64,000 bases of DNA, taken from the NCBI GenBank assembly GCA_051251915.1, contig JBPOGF010000007.1, forward strand, positions 32,001-96,000, read 5' to 3'. This stretch comes from Akkermansiaceae bacterium (GTDB taxonomy: Bacteria > Verrucomicrobiota > Verrucomicrobiia > Verrucomicrobiales > Akkermansiaceae). The position numbers and the translations under genes are program-made. The notes under the pieces are model-generated. The model was not told the DNA's origin, searched no databases, and worked only from the letters and a program-made list of their open reading frames with translations. Below are positions 50,041-59,541 of the stretch, piece after piece (the stretch's first letter is position 1; each line of letters begins with the position of its first letter).

Positions 50041-51168
50041 TTATTCTAAGATGTTACCTACTTGTTTTCTTAATGCCCAGAATACTGGAATAGAGCTGAT
50101 GAGAACTCCTATGTTAGCTGCGGCGATAGTCCACATAGTTTCTTGTCCCCAGTATAGAGCATTAATGTCTGTAGTGGCTTTTACTCTAAGGGCCTTAAAA
50201 ATAGTATCATGGTAGAGTGAAAGAAGGTGAATGAGACCTAGCGTGACTAAATTAACGATGAGAATGTTTTCTATGATTGAACGTAAACCTAAGAGGAAGC
50301 TAGATACGCCAAAGCTCTTCAACAACGCTGCAATGTACATACTCTGCCTGAACTCTAAAATGGAGAGAACTCCGTAGATGAGAGCTAAGGCACCTCCTAA
50401 AATAAGTGCTAGCCAAAATTTCATGGAGTTCTGTTGAGATTCCAGTTTTTCTAATTTCTTCTTAATTAGATCTGCACTTTTAATGTCTATTTTTCCATTG
50501 CCATCAGCTCTGGCTACACGCTGGATGGACTCGGTAATATCTGCTATTTCTGGAGCGTCTGCATCTCGCTGAAGGTAGTAAATTAGTGAATAGCCTCGCT
50601 CTTCGAGCTCAGGAATTCTATTTGATGGCACAAAGAGAGTATCTCCCTGTATAAGCTGGAGTAGTTTTTCCTCTGGTTTGAGAGCCACTGCTGTGAAGCT
50701 ATGATCAGATATGGTGTAGTCCACGGCGATACCTTGAGGGATGTCAGTGGATAGAACAAAGATTTCATGACCATATTTTAGGTAAGGGAGCAGTCCGCGA
50801 ATGTCAGCGTCAGTATAGCCAACTACAGCAGCATTTTTCCCGTTACTGCCATTGGCTGAAGCCAGCATTTTACGAGCGGTGAAGAGTTGACCATGGCGCT
50901 GAATGCTACGGAACCTGTCAGAAGATAGTCCTGCTCCTCGATCAAAGGGGGTAATCGTCTCTATCACTAGCATATTATCTAGTCCAAAGCTTTCCACTTC
51001 TGACCGTAGCCGTTCTATCTGCATACGGAAGCCAACCAGTAATAATACTGATAAGCACACCATGATGATGGTGACGACAGAGCGAGCGAGTATGCTACCT
51101 GGTTGTTCCAGCCAGCGCTTCCAAGTGTCCTTCCATAGGTAGGAAGCGGTTAAAATCCAAGATATCAT
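50041..51168 (-). CDS. Divergent FtsX/MacB-like ABC permease
   Basis: One TM, a periplasmic region, then three TMs; LEFRQ...ALLKSFGVS...IIEN resembles the FtsX domain. Confidence 0.75.
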   Translation of the reverse strand: MISWILTASYLWKDTWKRWLEQPGSILARSVVTIIMVCLSVLLLVGFRMQIERLRSEVESFGLDNMLVIETITPFDRGAGLSSDRFRSIQRHGQLFTARKMLASANGSNGKNAAVVGYTDADIRGLLPYLKYGHEIFVLSTDIPQGIAVDYTISDHSFTAVALKPEEKLLQLIQGDTLFVPSNRIPELEERGYSLIYYLQRDADAPEIADITESIQRVARADGNGKIDIKSADLIKKKLEKLESQQNSMKFWLALILGGALALIYGVLSILEFRQSMYIAALLKSFGVSSFLLGLRSIIENILIVNLVTLGLIHLLSLYHDTIFKALRVKATTDINALYWGQETMWTIAAANIGVLISSIPVFWALRKQVGNILE

Positions 51169-51766
51169 GAGCTACTTTGTCGAGTCTAGAGTCGTGTGTG
51201 CAGATAATGGCGATCCTCTCACCGCCATTGACGAATTCGTTCAGAACGTTGATGATCACCTCTGTGTTTAAATCGTCAAGCCCAGATGTGGGTTCATCAA
51301 GAAGTAATACTTTAGGTTCTTTGATGAGAGCTCTGGCGATACTAGCACGTTGCTGTTGTCCACCGGACATGGACTTAGGAAGGCGTTTTTTAAACTCACC
51401 AAGGCCTAGCAATGAAAGGTATTTATCGGTATTAGCATCTCGTTCTCTTTTAGGGATTCCAGCTAGTGCTGCGGCGAGATTTAAATTTCTGCTGATGTTA
51501 GCAAGTGGAAGTAGATTGAGTTGTTGGAAAACAAAACCGAGATCTTTTTTTCTGAACTTGTAATTGTTAGAGCGGTATCCTTCGATCTGGATTTTACCGC
51601 GCTGTTGTTTTAAGTATCCTCCTATCACTCGGAGAAGGGTAGATTTACCACAACCGGAGAAGCCTTTGATAAGATGTACGCCAGGATCAAATTCATGAGA
51701 GAAGTCCTCTAGAATCCATGGCGCTCTTCTAGCGTAGCGGTAGTAGATGTTATTGCAAGATAGCAT
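51095..51766 (-). CDS. ABC transporter ATP-binding protein (LolD/MacB-like)
   Basis: GFSGCGKST, GFVFQQLNLL, MSGGQQQR, LLLDEPT, CTHD. Confidence 0.93.
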   Translation of the reverse strand: MLSCNNIYYRYARRAPWILEDFSHEFDPGVHLIKGFSGCGKSTLLRVIGGYLKQQRGKIQIEGYRSNNYKFRKKDLGFVFQQLNLLPLANISRNLNLAAALAGIPKRERDANTDKYLSLLGLGEFKKRLPKSMSGGQQQRASIARALIKEPKVLLLDEPTSGLDDLNTEVIINVLNEFVNGGERIAIICTHDSRLDKVAHDILDFNRFLPMEGHLEALAGTTR

Positions 51767-53032
51767 TTAAAATTTAATTGCTAGATCTTTGTGGCCTACA
51801 CCTAGTAGTTTGGCATTTGGCCAGAGAGTTTTTACGACATCTCTCCAGACAAGTGAATCAGTTTTACCTAAGGCGAATAGCGAAACATCATATTTAGGGA
51901 CAATGAAACATTGCTCAGGGAGTCTGTATATGAGTGTGGAATTCATTTGGGTGCCAGTAAGGCGTTTGAGTTTTGTGTTTTCCTCTAAAGGTACGGAGAA
52001 AATGTATTTTCTTTCTTCACGTTGGGTGCGTTTGTCTTTTTCTATTCGATCATCTTTGAATTCTAGTAGAGTGTTCTCTTTATCCGATAGTTGGATATAT
52101 AGTCTCTTAGGTTCTAGACTGATCCACTCAGAATTGGCCACTTTTAGATGTGCATGAATTTCATCATAATTGTTAAGGGTAGCGATAGTTTCGCGAGAGG
52201 AAACTGTGTATTCTTGTTGTCCTTCAATAAAGTTGACTTCAAGCCTTAGTTCTCCATCAAATGGAACTCTATAGACCGAGCGATCTTTTAGTTGCTGGAG
52301 GGTTCTTTCGCTTTTTTTTCTATCCATTTCTTGGATAACGCGATCGCCGGCGAGTAGCCTTTCCTCAAAATCTTCAGCAAAGGCAAACTTTTTTTCAGCT
52401 AGACTTAGATTCTCTTCAGCTTCAGCAAGTGCTTTTTGATCGATTTCTCCGATGTCGCCGCCAAACAATTCTGCAGAGAACTCCTTAGTTGCTGGGTGAT
52501 TTAGCATTAGTTTGAGACGTCTTACCTTCAAACGGGCTTCAGCGAGTTCTTCTTTTGCCTGTTTCTTTTTTTCAGGAATTTCCAAGCTATCTTGTTTCAT
52601 CTTGGCGATCTCGATTTTCTCTTTAGTGAGATCTAGGCGTATTTCTTGTTCGCCTAGGTCCTCGACATCCATTCTGGCGATTAATTGATCTTTCTTTACG
52701 AGAGTGTTCTTTTTGGTAAGTTCCAAGGTGATAATACCGGATCCTTCACTCTGGACTTCATAGCTTTCTTTCGGTTGAATATCTACAGGGATAGAACTCA
52801 AGTGCATTTCTGTTGATTGAGCATACTGATTCCAATCCCAAGTCGCCGCAACAGGTTCAGGGTTTAATGGTGTAGAAGTGGATTCCTTCTGCTTGTCACA
52901 AGAGGGGAGGAGTGAACAAAAAGCAACGAGTAAGGAGCAAGGGATTAAGCTATGTGATGGCTTTTTAGTTGTTGCCGCTACTGGAGTTTGCCGTGGCGGG
53001 GAATTTAAATTTATTTGAAGATGTTTATTCAT
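51767..53032 (-). CDS. Putative membrane-fusion (periplasmic adaptor) lipoprotein
   Basis: LLPSC lipobox; lipoyl half-motifs (SEGSGII...VKKDQLIARMD; YRVPFDG) flanking a long coiled coil. Confidence 0.65.
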   Translation of the reverse strand: MNKHLQINLNSPPRQTPVAATTKKPSHSLIPCSLLVAFCSLLPSCDKQKESTSTPLNPEPVAATWDWNQYAQSTEMHLSSIPVDIQPKESYEVQSEGSGIITLELTKKNTLVKKDQLIARMDVEDLGEQEIRLDLTKEKIEIAKMKQDSLEIPEKKKQAKEELAEARLKVRRLKLMLNHPATKEFSAELFGGDIGEIDQKALAEAEENLSLAEKKFAFAEDFEERLLAGDRVIQEMDRKKSERTLQQLKDRSVYRVPFDGELRLEVNFIEGQQEYTVSSRETIATLNNYDEIHAHLKVANSEWISLEPKRLYIQLSDKENTLLEFKDDRIEKDKRTQREERKYIFSVPLEENTKLKRLTGTQMNSTLIYRLPEQCFIVPKYDVSLFALGKTDSLVWRDVVKTLWPNAKLLGVGHKDLAIKF

Positions 53033-53068
53033 GATTTTTCTATTGATAATGTGTTTATTATTGATGGA

Positions 53069-54499
53069 TCACTCTTTCCGACCCACCCATTTTTTAACCT
53101 GATTTCCGAATTTGAGCTCTTCGCTTTTTCCATTCTCTTTTCGTAAAGTTGCTCTTTGTTTACGAGTCTGTAGCCAGCGTTTAGTGATTGGCCGCCAGCG
53201 TTGTTCGTCGATTAGCCAGAAAGCTGAGCAGATTTCAATCTCTTTTGCCATCAGACGTACTTCTTTTTCTTTGAGTGCTCTCATTGTCTGCACTGCTTTC
53301 TGAGGGTCTTTAACTAATCCGGTTCTGACAGCCTTCTTATACACTTCTACAGTTTCTCGAACTTTATGTAGTTCTGCAAGAACCTCGTTGAGGGCTTCTT
53401 TCCCGTCAAAGAGTTTTTTAACTTCTTCACGTGTTCGCTTGTCTTTTCTCCATTCCTTGAGCGGATAATCTCTTTTAATTCTATTGAGTTGTTGGCCGAT
53501 ATAGCCCTGAGAGTCTAGATTCCAGTTAAATGATGGACCTAGCCTTATCAAAGCGGGATCAAAATCTTGATTCGTAGTATTATTATAGAGAGGAGGTGCT
53601 GATACTGATAAATTGGCACTAGGTACATAGCGTAGATAGGTGTCGAGTACTTGTCCATCTTGAGCGATACTTTCAAGGGCAAGTAGATTAAGCTGTAGAA
53701 GCCCCCAGCGAGAAGTATCAGTGAAGTCTAGTTCGCTTGGCTTATAGAGAATATCAGGGATGCTGCCTGGTTTGAGGTTTATATGGTCATAACCAGCCAT
53801 GAAAAAATCACCTACTTTTATTTTCCAATCACTCGTGTTCTTTTCCCATGCTTTATAGGCTTCTTCGTGCTTAAGTTTCATCGCTAAAACAGAATTATCG
53901 TTTAACCTGCCAACTGATTGGAGTATTTCACCTTCTATATCTAAGGCTTGTTTCTCTAAGCGATGGAGACGTTGCTCTTGGAAAAGCCGGTATAATGCGA
54001 TGACTTGTTGACGCATGGTGTATTCTGCCTGCAGTTCAGAGCCAATGTAGGTGAGCTTGTTTGTGTATACCGTTTTTGGCAAAGTTAGTAGGTTACCGAG
54101 TGAGATGTAACTGTTGATTCTGAATGAAGAGCCTGAGAAGGCCTCTCCAATATCCTCGACGGTGAATGAGTCACTTAGTCCCACAGAAAGTCCGGGGATC
54201 ATACGCTTCCATACTTGTTTTTGTTGATACTTGGCATCCTCCAAACGGTAGTCTGCCTGAATTAAGTTTGGATTAGAAAGATACATTTTTTCCAAACCTT
54301 GGTTCCAGCTGATATCTAGCTTATTGTTTAAAGTCTTGTTTTTTTTGGCACGAATTTGCGTTATATAGTCATTCGATACTTCATCTCTGGCTTCTTTGAT
54401 TCTGACGTCAACGGGTTTCATCCAAATGCATGATGAAGTGGCTGAAGCTGCAACTATTAACGAAGTTACACAGAGTGTTTTATGTTTGAAAAATATCAT
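53069..54499 (-). CDS. Putative TolC-like outer-membrane efflux lipoprotein, divergent
   Basis: Signal ending SSC; two OEP-like repeats (NPNLIQA...MIPGLSVGLS; YVPSANLSVS...FNWNLD) with helical stretches. Confidence 0.6.
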   Translation of the reverse strand: MIFFKHKTLCVTSLIVAASATSSCIWMKPVDVRIKEARDEVSNDYITQIRAKKNKTLNNKLDISWNQGLEKMYLSNPNLIQADYRLEDAKYQQKQVWKRMIPGLSVGLSDSFTVEDIGEAFSGSSFRINSYISLGNLLTLPKTVYTNKLTYIGSELQAEYTMRQQVIALYRLFQEQRLHRLEKQALDIEGEILQSVGRLNDNSVLAMKLKHEEAYKAWEKNTSDWKIKVGDFFMAGYDHINLKPGSIPDILYKPSELDFTDTSRWGLLQLNLLALESIAQDGQVLDTYLRYVPSANLSVSAPPLYNNTTNQDFDPALIRLGPSFNWNLDSQGYIGQQLNRIKRDYPLKEWRKDKRTREEVKKLFDGKEALNEVLAELHKVRETVEVYKKAVRTGLVKDPQKAVQTMRALKEKEVRLMAKEIEICSAFWLIDEQRWRPITKRWLQTRKQRATLRKENGKSEELKFGNQVKKWVGRKE

Positions 54500-54622
54500 T
54501 ATGATTCTGGAAGCTGGATATTCAGTTAGTTACAGTTAATAGGTTTCTAATCTAGCACGCATACGGTAAATCATCAATTGCCTTTACGAGCAAACTTATT
54601 TTTTTGCATTTTGCTACTCAAT

Positions 54623-56731
54623 TTACTTAGATTGAGTGGATTGAAAGTTGAGAAAAATAGATTTTTGTGTGATGTTGCTATTTATCTCAACATTGCTTTT
54701 TTCGGCTGTTGCTTGATGATGGTCAAAGCCACTTTTGAAATGAATTTTAAAGCTAGGTGGGTGACTAGGCTTATTTTTTGGTAGAATTTCAATTGCTATT
54801 TTATCGTTTTGCTTGCCATTGAAAGCCACTTTTAGAATCCGTGGATCTGTGATGCTCTTGTCATAGCTATGGAGTGTGAATGTGGCATCTTGATCCGTCT
54901 TGATTATGCCGATATTTGAGGTGAGAGTTGTAGGGGTTAGTTCGTATAATGGGGCACTTTCAGCAGTCACAGGGATGTGGATTTCTGGACAATCTGGATG
55001 AGAGGTTTTCAAACTGATGGTAGTATCCAGACGTTTTGCGGGCATGTTGACTATTTCGAAGGTTAGTTCGTAGTGAACGCCTTCTACGATAGTATTAAGT
55101 TCGGTATTTAGGAGATGACCATCTTGTGTAGCTAAATCTAAGGAAATAGGCTGTTGAGTTGTATTAATGAAGCTGACCTTTTGTTTTCCTGAGCTGGTGG
55201 AAGTGGCAATTTTTCCTAGGTTGTTTGAATACGGGAATATTTTGAATGGAAGCCAGACATTAGCAGTGATGGGAATTGAGATGGGGGTGCTTGCACCTTC
55301 ATCATATAAAAATATCTTGTGTGTGATGTCACCGAGGAATTTATTAGTGTGGAACTCGAAGGGTAACTTAACCTTTGATTTAGGAGCAATAGTGAAAGGC
55401 TCATGAGATAGGTCGATACAGCCACAGCTGGTCCGTATTTTAGTTATATTTAGTGGAGTTTTACTAGGGTTACTAAGATTCAGAACATCCCGACCAATAT
55501 CATTTTTAGTAATTCGGCCTAGGTTGTAGGCTTTTTTTTCTACTATTAGATTGGAGGTTTTGCTTTTCATGGGTGAAGAGTTCACCAATGGTTGAGAGTC
55601 TTCGATATCTTTAGAACTAGAAGGTTGGATCTTACTGAGCTTGATTAGATCTTGAATACTGATGACTCCTTCTATAATGTGACTTTTTGTAATAGTTTGC
55701 GGAAATGCCGCCACTTGTGCTTCCTCTAGATTAAATTTCATAATCTCACTGCTGATATCCATGATTTCATAGCTCCAGGGTGAAAAAGATTTCTTATAAA
55801 TGGCAAAATGACCGTTACATTTTTTGTCGAGAAATTGAGTTATCTCAATATGATTTAGAGGAAGTGAGCCATTTTGTATGGCATCTAGTGCTGACTCATA
55901 TGCGGCAGGGTTTGCTCTTTTTGCAATTATTAACAAGCGATTAATTTCTCTGGCTTCTATAGATTGGAAGCAAGGAAGGTAGAAAATAGTGAGGTTGCTT
56001 TCGATTACTTCTCTATTCTTTTTTATGTTGCGTTGGAAATCTAGGCAGTGAGGGCAAGTATGGTCACTGAGTACTATGCAGATGTTCTTGCTGGAAGAGG
56101 AGGTTAGTCGAGGGAGGTTTTCGGTTTTTACAGATACGAGGTCACCATGAATTTTTAGCGTGTCAGCTGAGAGCTGTAGATTACTTTGTCCCGTATGGCT
56201 GGTGTTGTAGGTTGTTACTTCTGATGGGAAATAGACTTGGGTCAGAGCCATTAGTGATACGGCGATTAAGGCGATGAGAGGAGCTAAGAAGGTGGGTGAT
56301 AGTTTTCTTTTGAAATGTGAGGAGAGAAGTGAAATTGAGGCTATAATAGCAATGCTGTGAATAGTGCAGCACCAGAGACAGTATGATTTTATAATGAATG
56401 CTTGTAAGCTGAAAAACCACAGGCCAGCAAAAATGATAAGGTAGGCTAGAGTCTTTTCTAAAAGAGCTCCCTTGAATTTGTTGTCACGAGGGTTATTATT
56501 CCTTAGAGTAATACAAAATAAGGAGAAATAGGCAACAATGCCTAAAAGGAGCGTAGGGACTGTCGCTACTAAAGACCATGGGCTAGTGAGAACGTTGTTA
56601 CAGCCACTTTTGGCACTACACCCTAGAATGGGTTGTTTGTAGAAAATGGTATTCCAGGCTAGATAGGCTGAGCAGATGACAGCCAAAGCTAATAAGCCTG
56701 TAGTTATTTTACGTAGAGTAGATGATGCCAT
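54623..56731 (-). CDS. VKOR - thioredoxin/DsbA-like - DUF1573 Ig-like fusion protein
   Basis: VKOR loop GCSAKSGCNNVLTSPWS and active site CLWC; Trx DHTCPHC plus AFP cis-Pro; DUF1573 LNITKIRTSCGC...IAP. Confidence 0.85.
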   Translation of the reverse strand: MASSTLRKITTGLLALAVICSAYLAWNTIFYKQPILGCSAKSGCNNVLTSPWSLVATVPTLLLGIVAYFSLFCITLRNNNPRDNKFKGALLEKTLAYLIIFAGLWFFSLQAFIIKSYCLWCCTIHSIAIIASISLLSSHFKRKLSPTFLAPLIALIAVSLMALTQVYFPSEVTTYNTSHTGQSNLQLSADTLKIHGDLVSVKTENLPRLTSSSSKNICIVLSDHTCPHCLDFQRNIKKNREVIESNLTIFYLPCFQSIEAREINRLLIIAKRANPAAYESALDAIQNGSLPLNHIEITQFLDKKCNGHFAIYKKSFSPWSYEIMDISSEIMKFNLEEAQVAAFPQTITKSHIIEGVISIQDLIKLSKIQPSSSKDIEDSQPLVNSSPMKSKTSNLIVEKKAYNLGRITKNDIGRDVLNLSNPSKTPLNITKIRTSCGCIDLSHEPFTIAPKSKVKLPFEFHTNKFLGDITHKIFLYDEGASTPISIPITANVWLPFKIFPYSNNLGKIATSTSSGKQKVSFINTTQQPISLDLATQDGHLLNTELNTIVEGVHYELTFEIVNMPAKRLDTTISLKTSHPDCPEIHIPVTAESAPLYELTPTTLTSNIGIIKTDQDATFTLHSYDKSITDPRILKVAFNGKQNDKIAIEILPKNKPSHPPSFKIHFKSGFDHHQATAEKSNVEINSNITQKSIFLNFQSTQSK

Positions 56732-56780
56732 AGCTGTAATTAATACTTAGGCTTCTGAACATGCAAGTTACAGCATATTG

Positions 56781-57293
56781 TTAGTTTTCACCCTCATTTG
56801 TTGTAACGGGATCTATGATAATAGGAGCGCCTAGGTCTTCAAGTTCAGCTGGAAAATATTCTTTCAGGTTTTTACTTCCAGGGTAAGGATCTGAATAGAA
56901 ATTTCGCTGATGCTTGGGGCCGATCATATATGCTTCTGTAGAGCGCCAGCTTGTTTCCTTTTTTTGGAAATGGAACTCATAATATGCATCTTTAATTTCC
57001 GGTATATGTAAACGTATTACAGCGGTATAAATAGGAGGATCAACGTCTTCCGTGTGGATGCCTTGGATTGCTACCTCGTGTTCTTTGGAAAAATTTTCCC
57101 ATGGGGTGTATTTTGATTTTCCTTTAGTAGCTTCTTTAATACGTTTATCCTCAGCTTTCCAGAAAGCCTGCTCGACATGCTCTGCAATCTTTATTACCTC
57201 AGATTCATAGCTCTCAACTTGAGATGCTTTCTTTTCCTTACAGGAGGAAATAAATAAAATAGTTAATAGCAGAGTATAATGGATCCTGAGCAT
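56781..57293 (-). CDS. Hypothetical lipoprotein
   Basis: Lipobox FISSC after a hydrophobic stretch. Confidence 0.75.
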   Translation of the reverse strand: MLRIHYTLLLTILFISSCKEKKASQVESYESEVIKIAEHVEQAFWKAEDKRIKEATKGKSKYTPWENFSKEHEVAIQGIHTEDVDPPIYTAVIRLHIPEIKDAYYEFHFQKKETSWRSTEAYMIGPKHQRNFYSDPYPGSKNLKEYFPAELEDLGAPIIIDPVTTNEGEN

Positions 57294-57317
57294 CTCGATT
57301 ATTTATCTTTCAGGTAA

Positions 57318-57995
57318 TTAACGTCTTCTACGTAATAGTGTGGTCAGACCGCCTATGCTGATCAGCAATGCAGAGGTAGGTTCTGGAACAGTTACTAGTG
57401 TTAGTGTAAATTGGTCAAATGAAGAAGTGCTACTCATCGTTTGTTGAGCACCAGGGTTTAGTGCAGTAGAAGTAAACTCGTAATCGATAGTGATTGATGT
57501 TCCGTTATTTGATACGGCAAAGACTGGTATTACGTCGGCCGGAGTAGGCGTGGACCATAGATCCCCTCCATTGAACGTGAAGCTATCTATAATTTGATTT
57601 GTATCTAGATCAAAGTCGATTGTAATGCCCAGTGAGTGAGTTGAATGGCCTGAAACCATAGGATAAAGAAATACTGAAACAAGGTCGCTATTTGCACTGT
57701 CTTCTTGAAGATCTACGTATACTCCACGTGAGCCTTCGAGACTTGAATGCCTCTCTACGCGGTCAAAAATGCCTAGTTCGGAAACATCCGAAACGGATGC
57801 TGGATTCGAGAAATTCGGAGGTGTGCTGTCGATGAGTTGGTCAATAACTTGAAATCTATATAACACAGTTGGATCAGCAGCTGAAACGGTATTAATTTCT
57901 TCGATATCTACAGACATCACCGCAGCGGTGCTTACAGATATTGAAAAAAGGGAGGCTTGTATTGCTAGGGTAAATAGAGTGAATTTGTTTTTCAT
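57318..57995 (-). CDS. PEP-CTERM sorting domain protein
   Basis: Signal peptide from MKNKFT; VPEPTSALLISIGGLTTLLRRRR. Confidence 0.9.
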   Translation of the reverse strand: MKNKFTLFTLAIQASLFSISVSTAAVMSVDIEEINTVSAADPTVLYRFQVIDQLIDSTPPNFSNPASVSDVSELGIFDRVERHSSLEGSRGVYVDLQEDSANSDLVSVFLYPMVSGHSTHSLGITIDFDLDTNQIIDSFTFNGGDLWSTPTPADVIPVFAVSNNGTSITIDYEFTSTALNPGAQQTMSSTSSFDQFTLTLVTVPEPTSALLISIGGLTTLLRRRR

Positions 57996-58027
57996 AGTGT
58001 TAAAATAGGCCGATATTTTATAAATCA

Positions 58028-58055
58028 AAACTAGTTAATTTTGAATTTATGTCAA
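58028..58055 (-). promoter_or_regulatory. Putative sigma70 promoter of the PEP-CTERM gene 57318-57995
   Basis: Minus strand TTGACA-16 nt-TAGTTT. Confidence 0.5.
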
Positions 58056-58067
58056 GAGGTTAGCACG

Positions 58068-58098
58068 AAAAAGAGCCACCAAATTAATGGTGGCTCTT
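58068..58098 (-). terminator. Terminator of the acidic lipoprotein gene
   Basis: AAGAGCCACCA..TGGTGGCTCTT hairpin with T tract on the minus strand. Confidence 0.8.
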
Positions 58099-58124
58099 AA
58101 AATATTCTAAATCAGAATTAAGAC

Positions 58125-59204
58125 CTAAAAGGTGTCGTCGCTGTCAGAATCGATGATTGTCTCAAGAGTTCCCTGAGATGAGTCGAAGTCGTGTCTGTAA
58201 GAACCTTCTACACCACCGTCAGTAGCACCTTCGATGAGGTGAACTGGAGATGTGCTAGCTCCGATTTCGTTAACGATTGGAGTTTCGTCTGAAACGTCAA
58301 GTGTTGTTTCAACATCAAGCACGTCAAGTAGTGCTTGGATGTTAGCAGCAACATAGCTTGCAGCGTCTCCGTCGATTGTCTCAAGTGCGTCAGCTTGTGC
58401 TTGGCCGATTGCAAAGTTAACTACACAGCTAACTCCTTCAAACGTGATGCTTACTGATACACCGTAGTTAGTGCTACCGAGAAGTGACTCGTGAGTAACA
58501 GATGCGTCAAGGCTTTCAACTTCAACTGGTGCTCCAGCAACATCTTCATAGATAGTTACAGAGTTTACAGTAGCAGCGCCGCCTGAAGTAGCAAGTGTGT
58601 TACCAATAAGACCTTCCAAATCAACAACAACGTTGTCTGTGTCTTGGTTAAACGCAACTTCAACAGTAGCTGAACCAATGAAACGACCTGATACAGATCT
58701 TAGGTCAGAAGCGAAAGGTGTGAAAGTAAGGTTAGAAAGCAAAGTAGAGCCTGTTGTGTCAACACCAGCTTTGACTGAGTCAATTGTGAATGTGTCTGTA
58801 AGGTTCTCAAGGCCTTCAACATAACCTTCTTGAGTCGCTAGACCGAAGATTACGAAACCGTCAGGAGCGAGGTCAGCTTGTGCGTGAGAAGCTGTTGTTG
58901 CGTCTGCTGAAAGAACGTTGATAGAGTCGAAGTCGATCTCTAGCTCGTCACCTGCGTTGAAAGTAGTTCCAACACATCCACCTGCGAGAGCTTCAAAAGT
59001 AAGCTTGAGTGATGTGAGTGGGTACTCAGCAAGTTTGATAGGAGCAACTGGCTTAGTGCCTAGATCGTTGATGCTAGCTACGAGTTCAGAAGTGTCGAAT
59101 GTTGTTTCAGTTACAGTAACGTCGTCGCCGTCACAAGAAACCATGAATGCTGATCCCGCGAGAGCTGCACCAAGTGTGAGATATTTTTTGATATCGTTTT
59201 TCAT
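58125..59204 (-). CDS. Acidic Thr/Asp-rich lipoprotein of unknown function
   Basis: Lipobox FMVSC; very acidic; has its own terminator. Confidence 0.85.
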   Translation of the reverse strand: MKNDIKKYLTLGAALAGSAFMVSCDGDDVTVTETTFDTSELVASINDLGTKPVAPIKLAEYPLTSLKLTFEALAGGCVGTTFNAGDELEIDFDSINVLSADATTASHAQADLAPDGFVIFGLATQEGYVEGLENLTDTFTIDSVKAGVDTTGSTLLSNLTFTPFASDLRSVSGRFIGSATVEVAFNQDTDNVVVDLEGLIGNTLATSGGAATVNSVTIYEDVAGAPVEVESLDASVTHESLLGSTNYGVSVSITFEGVSCVVNFAIGQAQADALETIDGDAASYVAANIQALLDVLDVETTLDVSDETPIVNEIGASTSPVHLIEGATDGGVEGSYRHDFDSSQGTLETIIDSDSDDTF

Positions 59205-59541
59205 TTTAATTAATTAATTAGTTATTTGTTAGTTTAATGAAGCGGCTCTTAAACTTTAAACCGCTCCTGCCGAATTTGTAGGAGATGCTGAATTTTATGC
59301 AAGTAAATTATTGAATTTTATTCCTTATTTATTTTGGCGTGGTTGTTGTTGATTCATATCTAATGATTTGTGCACTATGAATCTACTCCCTTTGAGGTGA
59401 TGGTAACTATTAGATGGTTAATTTTATCTAGATAGAGGTGGGTGTTCATTGGTCTAAGGTGTTGATAGTCCAAGATTGGGGCACTATAAATAGTTCAAGG
59501 TAGTAGAGTGAATGAATGATGACTTAATAGTTGTATATGCC

